From the NCBI GenBank assembly GCA_038833255.1, contig JAWBIX010000028.1, forward strand, positions 1-5,231: a stretch of 5,231 nucleotides of DNA. The letters are read 5' to 3'. This document shows, in pieces, positions 4,299 to 5,231 of the stretch; position 1 is the stretch's first letter; each line of letters begins with the position of its first letter. The position numbers were made by a program, and so were the translations under genes. This stretch comes from Nanopusillaceae archaeon. GTDB taxonomy: Archaea > Nanobdellota > Nanobdellia > Nanobdellales > Nanobdellaceae. The notes under the pieces are model-generated. The model had not been told where the DNA came from, searched no databases, and worked only from the letters and a program-made list of their open reading frames with translations.

Positions 4299-5231
4299 TC
4301 TTTTTTTAATAAATTCTATAAATTTTTCTATATCTTCTGTTTTTATAATTGCTCCAGCAGCTTTCTTATGACCTCCCCCAGAAATTCCATAATTTTCAGT
4401 AAATTCTTTTGCTATTAAACCTAGATCTATATCATCTCTAGTAGTTCTTAAAGAAACTTTCGTTGTTTTTCTTTTAAAAATAAGTTTTTTTGATGGAGTT
4501 ATTCCAATAACTATTTTATTATCATAAAAAGGAGATAAAAAAGTTGATAGTAAGGAAGGTTTTTCAGCTTCAATTAGGATAAGATTCTCATCTTTACAAA
4601 TAATTTTAAAATTTAGAATTCTTTTAAAGAACATATTTAGCTTTTTATAAATCCTTTTTTCTTTTATTTTATTTAATATAAAAATAATATCTTTATTAAA
4701 ATCTAAATCTAAAAAATCTTCAGGATCTAAAGAGGAAAGCAAAGTAAAAAAATAATAGAAAGAAATTATTGGTAATTTTTCCTTTAAAAGATTTTTATAT
4801 TCTCTTTTAAAATCATTTAGAACAACATTATCATAACTAACATCTCCTATCATCCCCATAAATGCTATTATTGAATACTTTGAAAAATCTTTAAATAAAC
4901 GCTTTCCAATTCTATATACAATGCATGTTGTGCATAAATCCTCATTAAATAGAGCCTTATAATCAAAGAAAATTATATTTTCTGATAAATTTTCAGGAAC
5001 ATACCTATGATGATGATCTATATAAATTATTTTTTTATCTTTAGATATACTTTTTAAAATATTTTCTTTTAATGCGAGATCTAATAATATTACTTCTTTT
5101 TCATTTATATTACTAAAAATATCTTTTTTGATTTTATTTCTTTTTTTAAAAATAATTTTATGTTTTATTTCTAATTTAGATAAAATTATACTCATTAATT
5201 TTGCAGAAAATATTCCATCTAAATCATCGTC
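4293..5231 (-). CDS. DHH/DHHA1-family phosphoesterase (RecJ/NrnA-like), 5'-truncated by the window edge
   Basis: Motif III is IDHHH (DHHH codons at 5018-5007). Motif IV-like MGMIGDVS is present. The DHHA1 motif is [10 protein letters not shown] (GGGH at 4379-4368). The frame stays open upstream of the ORF-track Met (5195) to the window edge and reads [12 protein letters not shown], a DHH motif I (D-x-D-G-x-x-S-A). The real start is therefore beyond 5231. The stop TAA is at 4295-4293. Confidence 0.8.
   Translation of the reverse strand, partial: DDDLDGIFSAKLMSIILSKLEIKHKIIFKKRNKIKKDIFSNINEKEVILLDLALKENILKSISKDKKIIYIDHHHRYVPENLSENIIFFDYKALFNEDLCTTCIVYRIGKRLFKDFSKYSIIAFMGMIGDVSYDNVVLNDFKREYKNLLKEKLPIISFYYFFTLLSSLDPEDFLDLDFNKDIIFILNKIKEKRIYKKLNMFFKRILNFKIICKDENLILIEAEKPSLLSTFLSPFYDNKIVIGITPSKKLIFKRKTTKVSLRTTRDDIDLGLIAKEFTENYGISGGGHKKAAGAIIKTEDIEKFIEFIKKRL
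4301..4307 (+). terminator. oligo-T (T7) candidate archaeal terminator for uS11
   Basis: A run of seven T starts 3 nt after the uS11 stop. Oligo-T tracts are the known archaeal RNA polymerase termination signal. The run lies inside the last codons (KKRL) of the convergent DHH gene. Confidence 0.4.

Noticed and set aside
5007-5018. ATGATGATGATC resembling a box C (RUGAUGA) of a C/D sRNA; similarly AATGATGA near 2450
   Set aside because: The first is the complement of the DHHH codons of the DHH motif. Neither has a CUGA box D at the right distance (about 50-60 nt), and both lie inside coding sequence.
1-5231. CRISPR arrays, tandem DNA repeats, mobile elements, toxin-antitoxin or other defence genes
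   Set aside because: Reading both strands, I found no repeat-spacer periodicity, terminal inverted repeats, or small paired ORFs. Essentially every base is accounted for by the genes listed.

Overview
This is archaeal DNA, extremely AT-rich and almost gap-free. Hand counts of two 60-nt samples (1-60 and 1501-1560) give 15/60 and 11/60 G+C. Only about 160 of the 5231 nt lie outside a gene I can support. Left to right the window holds: the first 54 codons of an unknown gene (-, runs off the left edge); tRNA-Cys(GCA) (+); a minus-strand three-gene operon read 3709->274; an intron-containing tRNA with anticodon CAT (-); a stand-alone ribosomal protein uS11 gene (+); and a DHH/DHHA1 phosphoesterase (-) whose true start lies beyond the right edge. 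The operon encodes an MJ0796/LolD-like ABC ATPase, then a 493-aa secreted, C-terminally anchored protein built of tandem beta-sandwich-like repeats, then a MacB/FtsX-type four-TM permease. I see no CRISPR array, transposase, integrase or long DNA repeat. The best candidate for an undescribed system is this mechanotransducer-type ABC pair with a dedicated surface protein wedged between ATPase and permease and translationally coupled to the permease. Other observations: a relaxed bulge-helix-bulge tRNA intron; one TATA-like block placed symmetrically between the tRNA and uS11; three intergenic spacers of exactly 35 nt with no Shine-Dalgarno (leaderless architecture); gene-end overlaps with terminators buried in the opposing gene; uS11 removed from its usual cluster; and about 68% G+C tRNAs in about 20% G+C DNA. 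The last point suggests a thermophile with a reduced genome (DPANN/Nanoarchaeota-like), as inference only. Two ORF-track calls need correction (ATPase start, DHH 5' end), and three plus-strand ORFs are artefacts.
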